The position numbers and the translations under genes were made by a program. The notes below the pieces were generated by a model. It saw only the letters and a program-made list of their open reading frames with translations. It ran no database searches and was not told the origin of the DNA. A stretch of DNA of 24,000 nt from Kandleria vitulina DSM 20405 (lineage in GTDB: Bacteria; Bacillota_I; Bacilli_A; Erysipelotrichales; Coprobacillaceae): positions 19,964 to 43,963 of the forward strand of contig NZ_JNKN01000004.1 of NCBI RefSeq assembly GCF_000702065.1, given 5' to 3'. Positions 7,116-15,644 of the stretch are shown in pieces. Numbering within the stretch: position 1 is the stretch's first letter; each line of letters opens with the position of its first letter.

Positions 7116-8651
7116 GTGGACTATGCTATTGAAATGCTTAATATCACAAAGGAGTTCCCTGGGATAAAAGCGAATGACAACATAACTCTTCAAGTCAAAG
7201 AAGGAGAAATACATGCTTTGCTTGGAGAAAATGGTGCCGGCAAATCTACCCTTATGAGTATCTTGTTTGGACTCTATCAGCCAGATGAAGGTAAGATCAA
7301 GATTCATGGTAAAGAAGTCTTGATTAATGATCCAAATGATGCAAATAAGTATAAGATTGGAATGGTACATCAACATTTTAAGCTTGTTCATAATTTTACA
7401 GTACTTGAAAATATTATTTTAGGTATTGAAGAAACAGGATTATTTGGCAAATTGAAGAATAGTGAAGCCAGAAAGAAAGTAATGGATCTTTCTCAAAGAT
7501 ATCACTTGAATGTCGATCCTGATGCAAAGATTGAAGACATTACTGTAGGTATGCAGCAGCGTGTTGAAATTCTTAAGATGTTATTTAGAGATAATGAGAT
7601 CTTAATTTTCGATGAACCTACTGCCGTATTGACACCGCAGGAAATTGATGAATTGATGCATATTATGAAAGAATTGATTAGTGAAGGAAAGTCTATTATT
7701 TTCATTACGCATAAGCTAAATGAAATTAAGGCTGTTGCTGATCGTTGTACAATCATTAGAAAGGGTCGTTATGTAGATACAGTTAATGTGGCTGATGTCT
7801 CTAAGGATGTCTTATCTGAAAAGATGGTTGGACATAAGGTAAACTTTATTGTTGATAAGGATGAAGCAAAACCAACTGATACTGTATTGAAGGTTGATGG
7901 CTTGACTTATCAGCCAAAGGGTGCCAATAAGCCGCTATTAAATAATGTTTCATTTGAAGTCAAGAAGGGTGAAATTGTCTGCATCGCTGGTATTGATGGA
8001 AATGGACAAAGTGAGCTTGTTTATAATATTTCTGGTATCGAAAAGCCTACTGCTGGGCATGTTTATTTGAATGGTCAGGATATTACAACAACTTCTATTA
8101 GAGAAAGAAATGATTCTGGTATGGCTGTTATCCCTGAAGATAGACATAAACATGGTCTTGTATTGGATTATAGCGTTGCTGAAAATATGATTTTAAAGAG
8201 CTATTATAAACCAGAATTTGAAAAGCATGGCTTTATTGATTTTGATGCCATGAATGCTTATTCTGATAAGCTTATTGAACAATATGATGTAAGATCAGGT
8301 GAAGGTTCTAAATCTATTGCTCGTGGTATGTCTGGTGGTAACCAGCAGAAAGCCATTGTCGCAAGAGAAATTGAATCTGATAGTGATCTATTGATTGCAG
8401 TTCAGCCTACTCGTGGATTGGATGTTGGGGCAATTGAATTTATTCATAAGCAGATTGTCAAACATCGTGATAGCGAACATGCTGTATTGCTTGTTTCCCT
8501 TGAATTAGATGAAGTCATAACAGTGAGTGATCGTATTCTTGTCATGTATGAAGGTGAAATTGTTGCTGATGTAAATCCTAAAGACATTGATGTCAAGGAA
8601 TTAGGATTATATATGGCAGGTTCTAAGAGGGGGATAGGTTATGAAAAATAA
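7116..8651 (+). CDS. ABC transporter ATP-binding protein with duplicated ATPase domains (NupO/RnsA-like)
   Basis: First domain: Walker A GENGAGKST, signature-like VGMQQRVE and Walker B LIFDEPT. Second domain: degenerate Walker A GIDGNGQS, then LSGGNQQK. I chose the start at in-frame GTG 7116 (SD AGGTGA, 8 nt upstream), which gives (M)DYAIEMLNITKEF as in homologues. The TTG at 7092 in the ORF track is less likely. Confidence 0.88.
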   Translation: MDYAIEMLNITKEFPGIKANDNITLQVKEGEIHALLGENGAGKSTLMSILFGLYQPDEGKIKIHGKEVLINDPNDANKYKIGMVHQHFKLVHNFTVLENIILGIEETGLFGKLKNSEARKKVMDLSQRYHLNVDPDAKIEDITVGMQQRVEILKMLFRDNEILIFDEPTAVLTPQEIDELMHIMKELISEGKSIIFITHKLNEIKAVADRCTIIRKGRYVDTVNVADVSKDVLSEKMVGHKVNFIVDKDEAKPTDTVLKVDGLTYQPKGANKPLLNNVSFEVKKGEIVCIAGIDGNGQSELVYNISGIEKPTAGHVYLNGQDITTTSIRERNDSGMAVIPEDRHKHGLVLDYSVAENMILKSYYKPEFEKHGFIDFDAMNAYSDKLIEQYDVRSGEGSKSIARGMSGGNQQKAIVAREIESDSDLLIAVQPTRGLDVGAIEFIHKQIVKHRDSEHAVLLVSLELDEVITVSDRILVMYEGEIVADVNPKDIDVKELGLYMAGSKRGIGYEK

Positions 8652-9759
8652 ATCTGCAGGATTTTTTGAAAAAGATAGCACAAAGTCGGTTATCTCATCA
8701 CTTATCGCTATCTTGATTGGTCTTCTTGTTGGTTTGGTTATCATCCTGATTGCCAATCCAGCTGATGCATTAGAAGGATTCTTGATCATGCTTACTGGTG
8801 GATTCCAGGAAGGTATGCTTTCTTTAGGTGATGTTCTTGCGTATTCTGTTCCAGTTATGATGACTGGTCTTTCGATTGCGTTTGCCTATAAGACTGGAGA
8901 ATTCAATATCGGAGTACCTGGTCAGTATTATGTAGGTGCTTTTGTTGCATTGTTGATTGGTGTTAAGGCAACATTCTTGCCTGATGCTATTGCATGGCTT
9001 ATCGCTATTATCTGTGGTGGTCTTGCTGGTGCTTTATGGGCATTTGTGCCTGGTATTCTTAAGGCTAAGAGAAATGTCAATGTTGTTATCTCTGGTATCA
9101 TGATGAACTATGTGGGCTTATTGCTAGTTATTCGTGGTGTTAAGACTTTCATCTATGAATCAACTGGGGCTCAGTCGTTGACTGTTTCTACTGAAAGAGC
9201 TATTCCTAAGTTTGGTCTTGATGTGATCTTTGAAGGAAGCTCAATCAACTTTGGATTTGTGATTGCTGTGGCATTATGTATTGTGGCATGGATTATCATG
9301 AATAAGACTACATTTGGTTATGAGTTAAAGGCTACTGGATTTAATAAGGATGCTGCTAAATATGCTGGTATGAATGAAACTAAGGCTGTTATCATGTCAC
9401 TTGTTATTGCTGGTTTATTTGCTGGTGTAGGTGGCGCTATCGCTTATTTAGGTGGTACTGGTAAAGCTATTCAGATCAGTGAAGTGCTTCCTCCAGAAGG
9501 ATTCAATGGTATTCCAGTTGCATTATTAGGTTTCTCTAATCCAATCGGATGTATCTTTGCATCATTATTTATCGCTTATATCAATGTTGGTGGTAACTAC
9601 ATGCAGTCATTAAATATTGCGATTGAAGTTATCGACATCATTGTTGCAGTTATTGTTTATTTTGCTTCATTTACACTATTCATTAAGCTTATGCTTGATA
9701 AGTTTAGAAATTCAAAGAAACATAAAACGTTAGCTGCAAAAGAGGGAGGTAACAAATAA
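8641..9759 (+). CDS. ABC transporter permease (NupP/RnsC-like)
   Basis: Polytopic 372-aa protein. Its start overlaps the ATPase stop by 11 nt, with SD AAGAGGGGG upstream. Position and composition fit the BMP-type transporter permease 1. Confidence 0.85.
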   Translation: MKNKSAGFFEKDSTKSVISSLIAILIGLLVGLVIILIANPADALEGFLIMLTGGFQEGMLSLGDVLAYSVPVMMTGLSIAFAYKTGEFNIGVPGQYYVGAFVALLIGVKATFLPDAIAWLIAIICGGLAGALWAFVPGILKAKRNVNVVISGIMMNYVGLLLVIRGVKTFIYESTGAQSLTVSTERAIPKFGLDVIFEGSSINFGFVIAVALCIVAWIIMNKTTFGYELKATGFNKDAAKYAGMNETKAVIMSLVIAGLFAGVGGAIAYLGGTGKAIQISEVLPPEGFNGIPVALLGFSNPIGCIFASLFIAYINVGGNYMQSLNIAIEVIDIIVAVIVYFASFTLFIKLMLDKFRNSKKHKTLAAKEGGNK

Positions 9760-10721
9760 TGAACATTGTCTATTTCTTATTTGCTCAGACATTATTATTT
9801 GCGATTCCACTTATGATTGTTGCGCTTGGCGGTATGTTTTCTGAACGTTCAGGTGTTGTCAACTTGGCGTTAGAAGGGATTATGATTATTGGTGGATTTA
9901 GTGGTATTTTCTATATGAACTTCATGCAGACTAATGATATCATGCATGGTATGCCACTGTTATTTACAGCGTTATTGGTATCAGCAGCAGTGGGATGTTT
10001 ATTCTCTATGCTACATGCCTTTGCGGCTGTTAACTTAAGAGCGGATCAGACAATTTCTGGTACTGCCCTTAACATGTTAGGTCCTGCACTTGGTATCTTT
10101 ATTGCCAAGACTTTACAGGATGGTCAGCAGAATATCGGCTTTACAAATGAGTTCAGAATTTCTTCTGTTCCTGTATTATCTGATATTCCTGTTCTTGGAG
10201 ACTTGTTCTTTAAGAATTTCTATATTACTACATTTATTGCGATTGCTATTTTGATCATTAGCTATTTCTTCTTGATGAAGACTAAGACTGGTCTAAGAAT
10301 TCGTTCATGTGGGGAAAACCCACAGGCTGCTGATGCTGCCGGTATTAGCGTCTATAAGATCAGATATCTTGGTGTTGGTTTATCAGGAATTCTTGGGGGA
10401 ATGGGTGGATTAATCTACATTCTTCCAATCTCAACTGAATTTACTTGCTCAGTTGATGGTTATGGGTTCCTTGCTTTAGCAGTATTGATCTTTGGTAACT
10501 GGGCACCATTAAGAATTGCTGGTGCAGCATTCTTCTTTGGTATCACTAAGACATTAGCTTATGCTTATGGTTCAGTGCCATTCTTAGCTCATTTAGCTTT
10601 ACCTGATACTGTTTATAAGCTAATTCCATATGTTGCTACATTGATTTTATTAGCATTCACATCAAAGAATTCTGCAGCACCACGTGCTGATGGGGTTCCA
10701 TATGATAAATCTAAGAGATAA
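9759..10721 (+). CDS. ABC transporter permease (NupQ/RnsD-like)
   Basis: Polytopic 320-aa protein with a TAATG stop/start overlap with the upstream permease. It contains SCGENPQAADAAGI, typical of this permease family. Confidence 0.85.
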   Translation: MNIVYFLFAQTLLFAIPLMIVALGGMFSERSGVVNLALEGIMIIGGFSGIFYMNFMQTNDIMHGMPLLFTALLVSAAVGCLFSMLHAFAAVNLRADQTISGTALNMLGPALGIFIAKTLQDGQQNIGFTNEFRISSVPVLSDIPVLGDLFFKNFYITTFIAIAILIISYFFLMKTKTGLRIRSCGENPQAADAAGISVYKIRYLGVGLSGILGGMGGLIYILPISTEFTCSVDGYGFLALAVLIFGNWAPLRIAGAAFFFGITKTLAYAYGSVPFLAHLALPDTVYKLIPYVATLILLAFTSKNSAAPRADGVPYDKSKR

Positions 10722-10748
10722 GAGGATGAAAATCCTCTTATTTTTTTA
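10718..10748 (+). terminator. Rho-independent terminator of the ABC operon
   Basis: ATAAGAGGAT-GAAA-ATCCTCTTAT (10718-10741) followed by TTTTTTT. Confidence 0.85.
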
Positions 10749-10951
10749 TAATGAAAATATCCTTGTTTCACAATTGCATCTTTTATGAATTTCATGTTCT
10801 TTTAAAAAGTAAAGCGCTTTTATCCTTTATTTTGTTTAAAAATTTAGTATTTTATTAATTATTTTATTTTAATAGGTGGTAAAATTGTGACATAAAAAAT
10901 GATGTTTATTACATTGCAATTTTGTTTCTTTCATCAAATGAAAAAGGATTA

Positions 10952-10979
10952 TTGACAGGCAAAGGGACTATGTTATAAT
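10952..10979 (+). promoter_or_regulatory. Near-consensus sigma-A promoter
   Basis: TTGACA (10952-10957), a 16-nt spacer, then TGT-TATAAT (10971-10979). The predicted TSS is near 10986. Confidence 0.7.
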
Positions 10980-10985
10980 GTTCTT

Positions 10986-11137
10986 GACCTAAGAGCATAT
11001 ATGAATTTCCTACATATATTATAAGGGAACCTGATTGCTGACAGTGGTGTTGAAGACCTTCTTTAAGTAGGGATCCTAAAGCTTGTCACAAGGTGCCCAC
11101 CTGTACTTAACAGGGATAATCCTAACTCTCTTAGGTC
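10986..11137 (+). ncRNA. Structured 5' leader / candidate cis-regulatory RNA upstream of the DUF896-tkt operon (family not recognised)
   Basis: A 10-bp closing helix, GACCTAAGAG (10986-10995) / CTCTTAGGTC (11128-11137), starts at the predicted TSS and ends 8 nt before the SD. Internal hairpin 10997-11003/11013-11019 has a 9-nt loop, AATTTCCTA. Nested helices are 11025-11031/11092-11098 and 11039-11044/11083-11088. A 7-bp helix pairs 11063-11069 with 11104-11110. No terminator separates it from the CDS. Confidence 0.4.
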
Positions 11138-11155
11138 CTTTTATAAGGAGATTTT

Positions 11156-11377
11156 ATGTCTAAAGATATGGATATGTTAATCAAAGAAATTAATGCTTTA
11201 GCAAAGAAAAGCAAAGAAGAAGGATTAACAGAGGAAGAAAAAAAGAAGCAGCATACTTTACGTCAAAAGTATTTGGAAATTTTTAGAGGGAATTTTAGAA
11301 ATCAACTTGCTTCAATTAAAGTTGTAGACCCTAACGGGAACGATGTAACACCTCATAGAAAACATAAGATTCATTAA
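11156..11377 (+). CDS. DUF896 / UPF0291 family protein (YnzC-like)
   Basis: The 73-aa protein has INxLAKKSKEEGLTEEEKxxQxxLRQxYL...VDPxGNDVTP, matching my recollection of B. subtilis YnzC. SD AAGGAG lies 5 nt upstream. Confidence 0.85.
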   Translation: MSKDMDMLIKEINALAKKSKEEGLTEEEKKKQHTLRQKYLEIFRGNFRNQLASIKVVDPNGNDVTPHRKHKIH

Positions 11378-11440
11378 TAGGAAAACGCGATTATTGTAAA
11401 TATAACATTGAATGAGTAGAATTGGGGGACAAACGTACAC

Positions 11441-13414
11441 ATGAATTCGCAACTATCTATTGCAACGATTAGATCGTTAAACATTGATATGATCAACAAG
11501 GCTAAGTCTGGACATCCAGGTATGGCAATTGGATCAGCACCAGCATTATACACATTATTTACTAAGGAATTGAAAGTATTCCCAGAAGTTTCAAAATGGC
11601 AGAATAGAGACCGTTTTGTTTTAGCAAGTGGGCATGCAAGTGCTTTATTATACAGCTTATTGCATTTATCTGGTTATGATTTAACTATGGATGATTTAAA
11701 GCAGTTCAGACAGTGGAACTCACGTACACCAGGGCATCCTGAAATTAATGTTACTGATGGTGTTGATGCTTCATCTGGGCCATTAGGACAGGGTATTCCT
11801 ATGGCAATTGGTATGGCTATGGCTGAAAAGTTCTTAGCTGAAAAGTTTAACAAGGAAGACGCTGATATCGTTGATCATTATACATATGCATTATGTGGCG
11901 ATGGTGATATGCAGGAAGGTGTAACTTACGAAGCATCTTCATTAGCAGGACATCTTTCTTTAGGAAAGCTTATTGTTATTTATGATGCAAATAATGTCAC
12001 ATTGGATGGTCCTCTATCATACTCATTTAGTGAAGATGTTAAGAAAAGATATGAAGCCATGAACTGGCAGGTTATTGAAGTCAGCGATGGTGAAGATACA
12101 GTATCTCTTCATAAGGCTATTAAAAAAGCTAAGCGTGAAACATTTAAACCTTCTATTATTATCATGAAGACAGTTATTGGTAGAGGTTCTAAGAACGAAG
12201 GAACTAATGCTGTTCATGGCGCACCATTAGGTAGTGAAGATGGTAAGAATGCTAAATTATCTTATGGATTTGATCATGATGAATTCTTTGTACCTGAAGA
12301 AGTTTATGATGACTTCAAGGACAATGTGTTCAACAGAGGTAAACGTGCTTATAGTAAATGGGAAAGTACTTTAGAAGAATATAAAGAAAAGTATCCTGAA
12401 GATTATAAGCTTTATAATGATGCTATTGAAGGACGTTTCACATTAGCATATGATGAATTGTTAAAACAGTTCCCATATGGTTCTGCTGAAGCAACAAGAA
12501 ATGTATCATTGAAGATTATTCAGGAAGTAGCTGCACAGAATCCTACATTCTTGTCAGGAACTGCTGATTTGGCTTCTTCTACTAAAACTACAATTGCTAA
12601 TGAAAATAGATATTCATGTGAAGACTATAGCGGAAGAAACTTATACTTTGGTATCAGAGAATTCGCAATGGTTGCTATCATGAATGGTATGACTTTACAC
12701 AAGGGTGTGAAGATTGCAGCCGGTGGTTTCTTAGTATTCAGTGATTATTTCAAGGCTGCTGCACGTATGGCATGTTTAATGGAATTGCCAATCATACTTC
12801 CATTATCACATGACAGTATTGCTGTTGGTGAAGATGGTCCAACACATCAGCCAGTGGAACAGTTAGCAATGCTTAGATCAATGGTAGGAATGAGAGTCTT
12901 AAGACCTGCTGATGCTAATGAAATGTGTGCAGCATGGAAACTTGCAATTGAATCTACTAAGAATCCTACAGCATTGATTCTTACAAGACAGGGTGTTGAT
13001 AATATTACTAATGCGACTTTTGAAAATGTATCAAAGGGTGCTTATGTTGTTTCTAAGGAAGAAACTGAATTATCTGGTATTATCATTGCTTCTGGTTCTG
13101 AAGTTGGATTAGCTGTTAAAGCTCAGAAAGCATTATTTGAACAGGGTGATCGTGGGGTAAGAGTTGTTTCTATGCCTTCACAGGAATTATTCGATGCACA
13201 AAGCGTTGAATATAAAGAATCTGTATTGCCAAATGCTACTAGAAAGAGATTAGCTGTAGAAATGGCATCTCCATTTGGATGGCATAAATATGTTGGCTTA
13301 GATGGTAAAGTATTATCTGTCAATACATTTGGTGCAAGTGCTCCAGCAAGCAAGGTCATTGAAGAATATGGCTTTACAGTAGATAATGTTGTTGAAACTT
13401 ATCGTTCATTATAA
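11441..13414 (+). CDS. tkt: Transketolase
   Basis: 657 aa. N-terminal SGHPG, the GHAS...LL region, the TPP motif GDGDxxEG, and GEDGPTHQP in the Pyr domain. Confidence 0.95.
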   Translation: MNSQLSIATIRSLNIDMINKAKSGHPGMAIGSAPALYTLFTKELKVFPEVSKWQNRDRFVLASGHASALLYSLLHLSGYDLTMDDLKQFRQWNSRTPGHPEINVTDGVDASSGPLGQGIPMAIGMAMAEKFLAEKFNKEDADIVDHYTYALCGDGDMQEGVTYEASSLAGHLSLGKLIVIYDANNVTLDGPLSYSFSEDVKKRYEAMNWQVIEVSDGEDTVSLHKAIKKAKRETFKPSIIIMKTVIGRGSKNEGTNAVHGAPLGSEDGKNAKLSYGFDHDEFFVPEEVYDDFKDNVFNRGKRAYSKWESTLEEYKEKYPEDYKLYNDAIEGRFTLAYDELLKQFPYGSAEATRNVSLKIIQEVAAQNPTFLSGTADLASSTKTTIANENRYSCEDYSGRNLYFGIREFAMVAIMNGMTLHKGVKIAAGGFLVFSDYFKAAARMACLMELPIILPLSHDSIAVGEDGPTHQPVEQLAMLRSMVGMRVLRPADANEMCAAWKLAIESTKNPTALILTRQGVDNITNATFENVSKGAYVVSKEETELSGIIIASGSEVGLAVKAQKALFEQGDRGVRVVSMPSQELFDAQSVEYKESVLPNATRKRLAVEMASPFGWHKYVGLDGKVLSVNTFGASAPASKVIEEYGFTVDNVVETYRSL

Positions 13415-13422
13415 AATAGACT

Positions 13423-13458
13423 AAGATGAATCTAATATTAGATTCATCTTTTGTTTTA
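13423..13458 (+). terminator. Rho-independent terminator of tkt
   Basis: Perfect palindrome AAGATGAATCTAAT/ATTAGATTCATCTT (13423-13450) followed by TTGTTTTA. Confidence 0.75.
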
Positions 13459-13506
13459 CAAACGGTTTCAACAATGATATAATTAAAACACTCATGGAGG
13501 TGTATT

Positions 13507-13716
13507 ATGTCAACTTTTATTACGACTTTTATAGCGTGTATTATAACAGCAGTTGTTGTATTCTTCTTTTCTAGATGGATGTTCAAGAATGAACTTAAGA
13601 AAAATCCACCTATCAATGAAAAGATGATCCGTGCTATGTTTAGAGAAATGGGACGTAAACCTAACGAAGCACAGATTAGACGTATTATGAAAAACATTAA
13701 TGACTCATATAAATAA
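13507..13716 (+). CDS. UPF0154 family small membrane protein (YneF-like)
   Basis: 69 aa with one N-terminal TM segment, then KKNPPINEKMIRAM...GRKPNE, which matches the YneF family motif. SD GGAGGTG lies upstream. Confidence 0.85.
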   Translation: MSTFITTFIACIITAVVVFFFSRWMFKNELKKNPPINEKMIRAMFREMGRKPNEAQIRRIMKNINDSYK

Positions 13717-13737
13717 GGGGAATCCCTTATTTTTATT
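13713..13737 (+). terminator. Small hairpin terminator after the yneF-like gene
   Basis: ATAAGGG-GAAT-CCCTTAT (13713-13730) followed by TTTTATTT. The stem includes the stop codon. Confidence 0.5.
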
Positions 13738-13741
13738 TGGT

Positions 13742-14371
13742 ATGAAGATTTATATTACAAGACATTCCCGTACAAAGTGGAATGAAGAAAAACGTCTTCA
13801 GGGAAGAGAAGATTCTCCTTTAACTGAAGATGGTATCAAGAATATTTACGCATTAAAAGATCACATTAAAGATCTACATGTTGATCGTATTTATTCTAGT
13901 CCCATTAAAAGAGCATTAACAACAGCCCAAATGCTGTTCCCTGAAAGAGAAATCACTGTAGATGATCGTATTCAGGAAATGTGTTTTGGTATTTATGAAG
14001 GTATTCATTTTAATGAAATGCCTGAAGATATGAAACATGATTATGATGTTCTTTGGAATCATCCAGAAATTTCATCGGGCTTACCTGGTGGAGAATCATA
14101 TGATGAAATTGAAAACAGATTACATTCTTTTATTGATGATATCAAAAAGAAAGATGGAGATATCTTCATCGTCACTCATGGTTTCTGTTTTACTGTTCTT
14201 GTTTCATTGCTTTTAGGTTATGAGAGAAAGGATTATGTAAAGATCAATAAACAGATTGTCAATGGCTGTTCATTAACGATATTTGATTATGATGGATCAT
14301 TCCACATGGAAGCATACGGGCAAAATGATTTTCTTCCTGTAGTTTCAAAAGAAGCTTTTATTAAACAGTAA
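13742..14371 (+). CDS. Histidine phosphatase family protein (phosphoglycerate-mutase-like)
   Basis: MKIYITRHSRTKWN (RH catalytic dyad), then SSPIKRA, EMCFGxxEG and VTHG. I chose the start at ATG 13742 by homology to the usual M-K-x-Y-x-x-RH N-terminus. Neither this ATG nor the ORF-track ATG at 13700 has a convincing SD. Confidence 0.8.
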   Translation: MKIYITRHSRTKWNEEKRLQGREDSPLTEDGIKNIYALKDHIKDLHVDRIYSSPIKRALTTAQMLFPEREITVDDRIQEMCFGIYEGIHFNEMPEDMKHDYDVLWNHPEISSGLPGGESYDEIENRLHSFIDDIKKKDGDIFIVTHGFCFTVLVSLLLGYERKDYVKINKQIVNGCSLTIFDYDGSFHMEAYGQNDFLPVVSKEAFIKQ

Positions 14372-14400
14372 AGAAATCCCCTAATTGGGGATTTCTTTTA
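14371..14400. terminator. Bidirectional hairpin terminator (phosphatase gene on +, pseudogene on -)
   Basis: AAGAAATCCCC-TAATT-GGGGATTTCTT (14371-14397), flanked by a short T-tract on the + strand and an A-tract upstream. Confidence 0.75.
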
Positions 14401-14926
14401 GTTTCTTAGGTTCTTCTTTTTGTTTAATTGCTTTCTGAATGTTTTTATTATCTCCCCAATGATCTAGCTTACGTTCTTTGATAAAAGGCAAGATAGCATC
14501 ATACTGTGTTGCAAAATGCCAGGCAATCATAATGTTGATGAGGCTACGAGTTTAGGGTATTTAATGTTAAAGTCTTCATCTAGAAAATAGCACATAAGAC
14601 AAGCAATGGAAAAGCGAAGAGTATGGACTTCATTGGAATTGAGCCATTCTTTAATATAAGGCAGAAGTTCATTTTTATATTTCTTGAATGCTTTTATATT
14701 AAGCTGATTACAGGTTGTCCAGTTGTTTACATAGGGAAGGAAGATATTGGCTTGTCTGATGGCTTCATGAAAGTCTTTTGTTTCTGATATCATGAAGGCA
14801 TGAAGCTGATTTTCATCGTAATAGTGATGTGGCAGATGTGTTAGGAATAAACTGTGTTCATCACTTTTAAGCGGTTTTGCATGAAGATCTTGCAGCTTAA
14901 AGAGTTCATCATGTATATTTTGGCAT
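14381..14926 (-). pseudogene. Decayed DNA alkylation repair protein gene (HEAT-like 'DNA_alkylation' family): at least two frameshifts, and probably an internal deletion
   Basis: On the minus strand, ATG 14926 is followed by a stop after 5 codons. The +1 frame then reads QNIHDELFKLQDL...LPHHYYDENQLHAFMI...FLPYVNNWTTCNQL...TLRFSIACLMCYFLD...YPKLVASSTL* (stop at 14527). Shifting one further base forward (the third frame) continues SLINIMIAWHFATQYDAILPFIKERKLDHWGDNKNIQKAI...* (stop at 14381). These blocks match my recollection of the intact ~230-aa family: LPHRYYEENNLHGF, FLPYVDNWATCD, MMIAWYFAT. The first ~66 aa of the ORF-track ORF 14527..15159 overlap plsY and are not part of it. Confidence 0.65.
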
Positions 14927-14951
14927 AAAAAAATGACTCCTATAGGAGTCA
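14927..14951 (-). terminator. Rho-independent terminator of plsY
   Basis: Perfect palindrome TGACTCCTATAGGAGTCA (14934-14951), followed on the minus strand by TTTTTTT (14927-14933). Confidence 0.8.
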
Positions 14952-14959
14952 AATTTATT

Positions 14960-15589
14960 TTAAAGCCATTGCACTTTACTTTCCGTTCCATTCTTGATTC
15001 GACTGATATTGGCATGATGCTTGTAGACAATAAGCGCCGAAATGACAAAGTTGGTAATGATTCCAACTGTACTATAATGCCAATGTGGTGGAATAAGTCC
15101 GATGAATGGTGCAATAATAGCAACAGACACAGAACCGATGATGGATGAAAGTGAGACATACTTAGTTGTTTTTAATGTAAACATGAAGACACATACAGCG
15201 AAAATAAATGCGTAGATGTTAGTCATCAATGTATAGGCGATAGCGGAAGACACGCCTTTGCCGCCTTTAAATCCTGCAAATATTGGGTAGCAGTGACCGA
15301 TGATACATGCGAGTGCAGAAAAGTAGAATAAGTCATCAGATAGGTTGAAATGCGCAGCTAACAATCTTGTAATAAGAATTGCGACGATACATTTTGTACC
15401 ATCAAGAAGAATGACTGCAGCTCCTGCTTTTTTTCCAAGCACTCTTCCTGCATTTGTTCCTCCTAGATTTCCTGAACCTTTTGTACGGACGTCGGTATTG
15501 TAGAATACTTTACCAATGACAAGCGCAAAGGGTACAGAACCATACAAGTATGCCATAATAAGACATAAAACGGATATTAAGATATTCAT
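14960..15589 (-). CDS. plsY: Glycerol-3-phosphate acyltransferase PlsY
   Basis: 209 aa, polytopic. Contains YLxGSxPFALxIGK...D(V/I)RxxGSGNxGxTN and FKGGKGV. SD GAGGTGA lies upstream. Confidence 0.93.
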   Translation of the reverse strand: MNILISVLCLIMAYLYGSVPFALVIGKVFYNTDVRTKGSGNLGGTNAGRVLGKKAGAAVILLDGTKCIVAILITRLLAAHFNLSDDLFYFSALACIIGHCYPIFAGFKGGKGVSSAIAYTLMTNIYAFIFAVCVFMFTLKTTKYVSLSSIIGSVSVAIIAPFIGLIPPHWHYSTVGIITNFVISALIVYKHHANISRIKNGTESKVQWL

Positions 15590-15608
15590 AGTGTCACCTC
15601 AAGAAAAC

Positions 15609-15636
15609 ATTATACATATATTAAATAGAAATGCAA
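15609..15636 (-). promoter_or_regulatory. Possible plsY promoter (minus strand)
   Basis: On the minus strand: TTGCAT (plus 15631-15636), a 16-nt spacer, then TATAAT (plus 15609-15614). This implies a very short leader. Confidence 0.45.
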
Positions 15637-15644
15637 AGTAGAAT

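Noticed and set aside
11001-11024. A 7-codon upstream ORF (MNFLHIL*) inside the leader hairpin.
   Set aside because: There is only a weak AAGAG purine run upstream. The uORF coincides with the stem-loop, it has no conserved-looking or regulatory-codon content, and it is indistinguishable from chance in AT-rich sequence.
11025-11076. Partial resemblance to a TPP riboswitch (GAACCTGAT at 11028-11036, TAGGGA at 11068-11073, CTAAGAG at 10989-10995), which was tempting because transketolase is TPP-dependent.
   Set aside because: The order and context are wrong. The CTGAGA-like element precedes rather than follows the first hairpin and has A in place of the key G. There is no GG.TAAT.CC.GCG pyrophosphate-sensor helix, and the spacing does not fit the THI-box consensus.
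10740-11155. A LexA/DinR SOS box was expected upstream of the ynzC-like gene, by analogy with B. subtilis.
   Set aside because: No GAAC-N4-GTTC-type palindrome is visible anywhere in the intergenic region.
14960-15159. The N-terminal ~66 aa of ORF 14527..15159 (-), which overlap plsY in another frame.
   Set aside because: It lies antisense-frame within the well-supported plsY CDS and reads through the plsY terminator palindrome. The homology-bearing part starts only after 14926.
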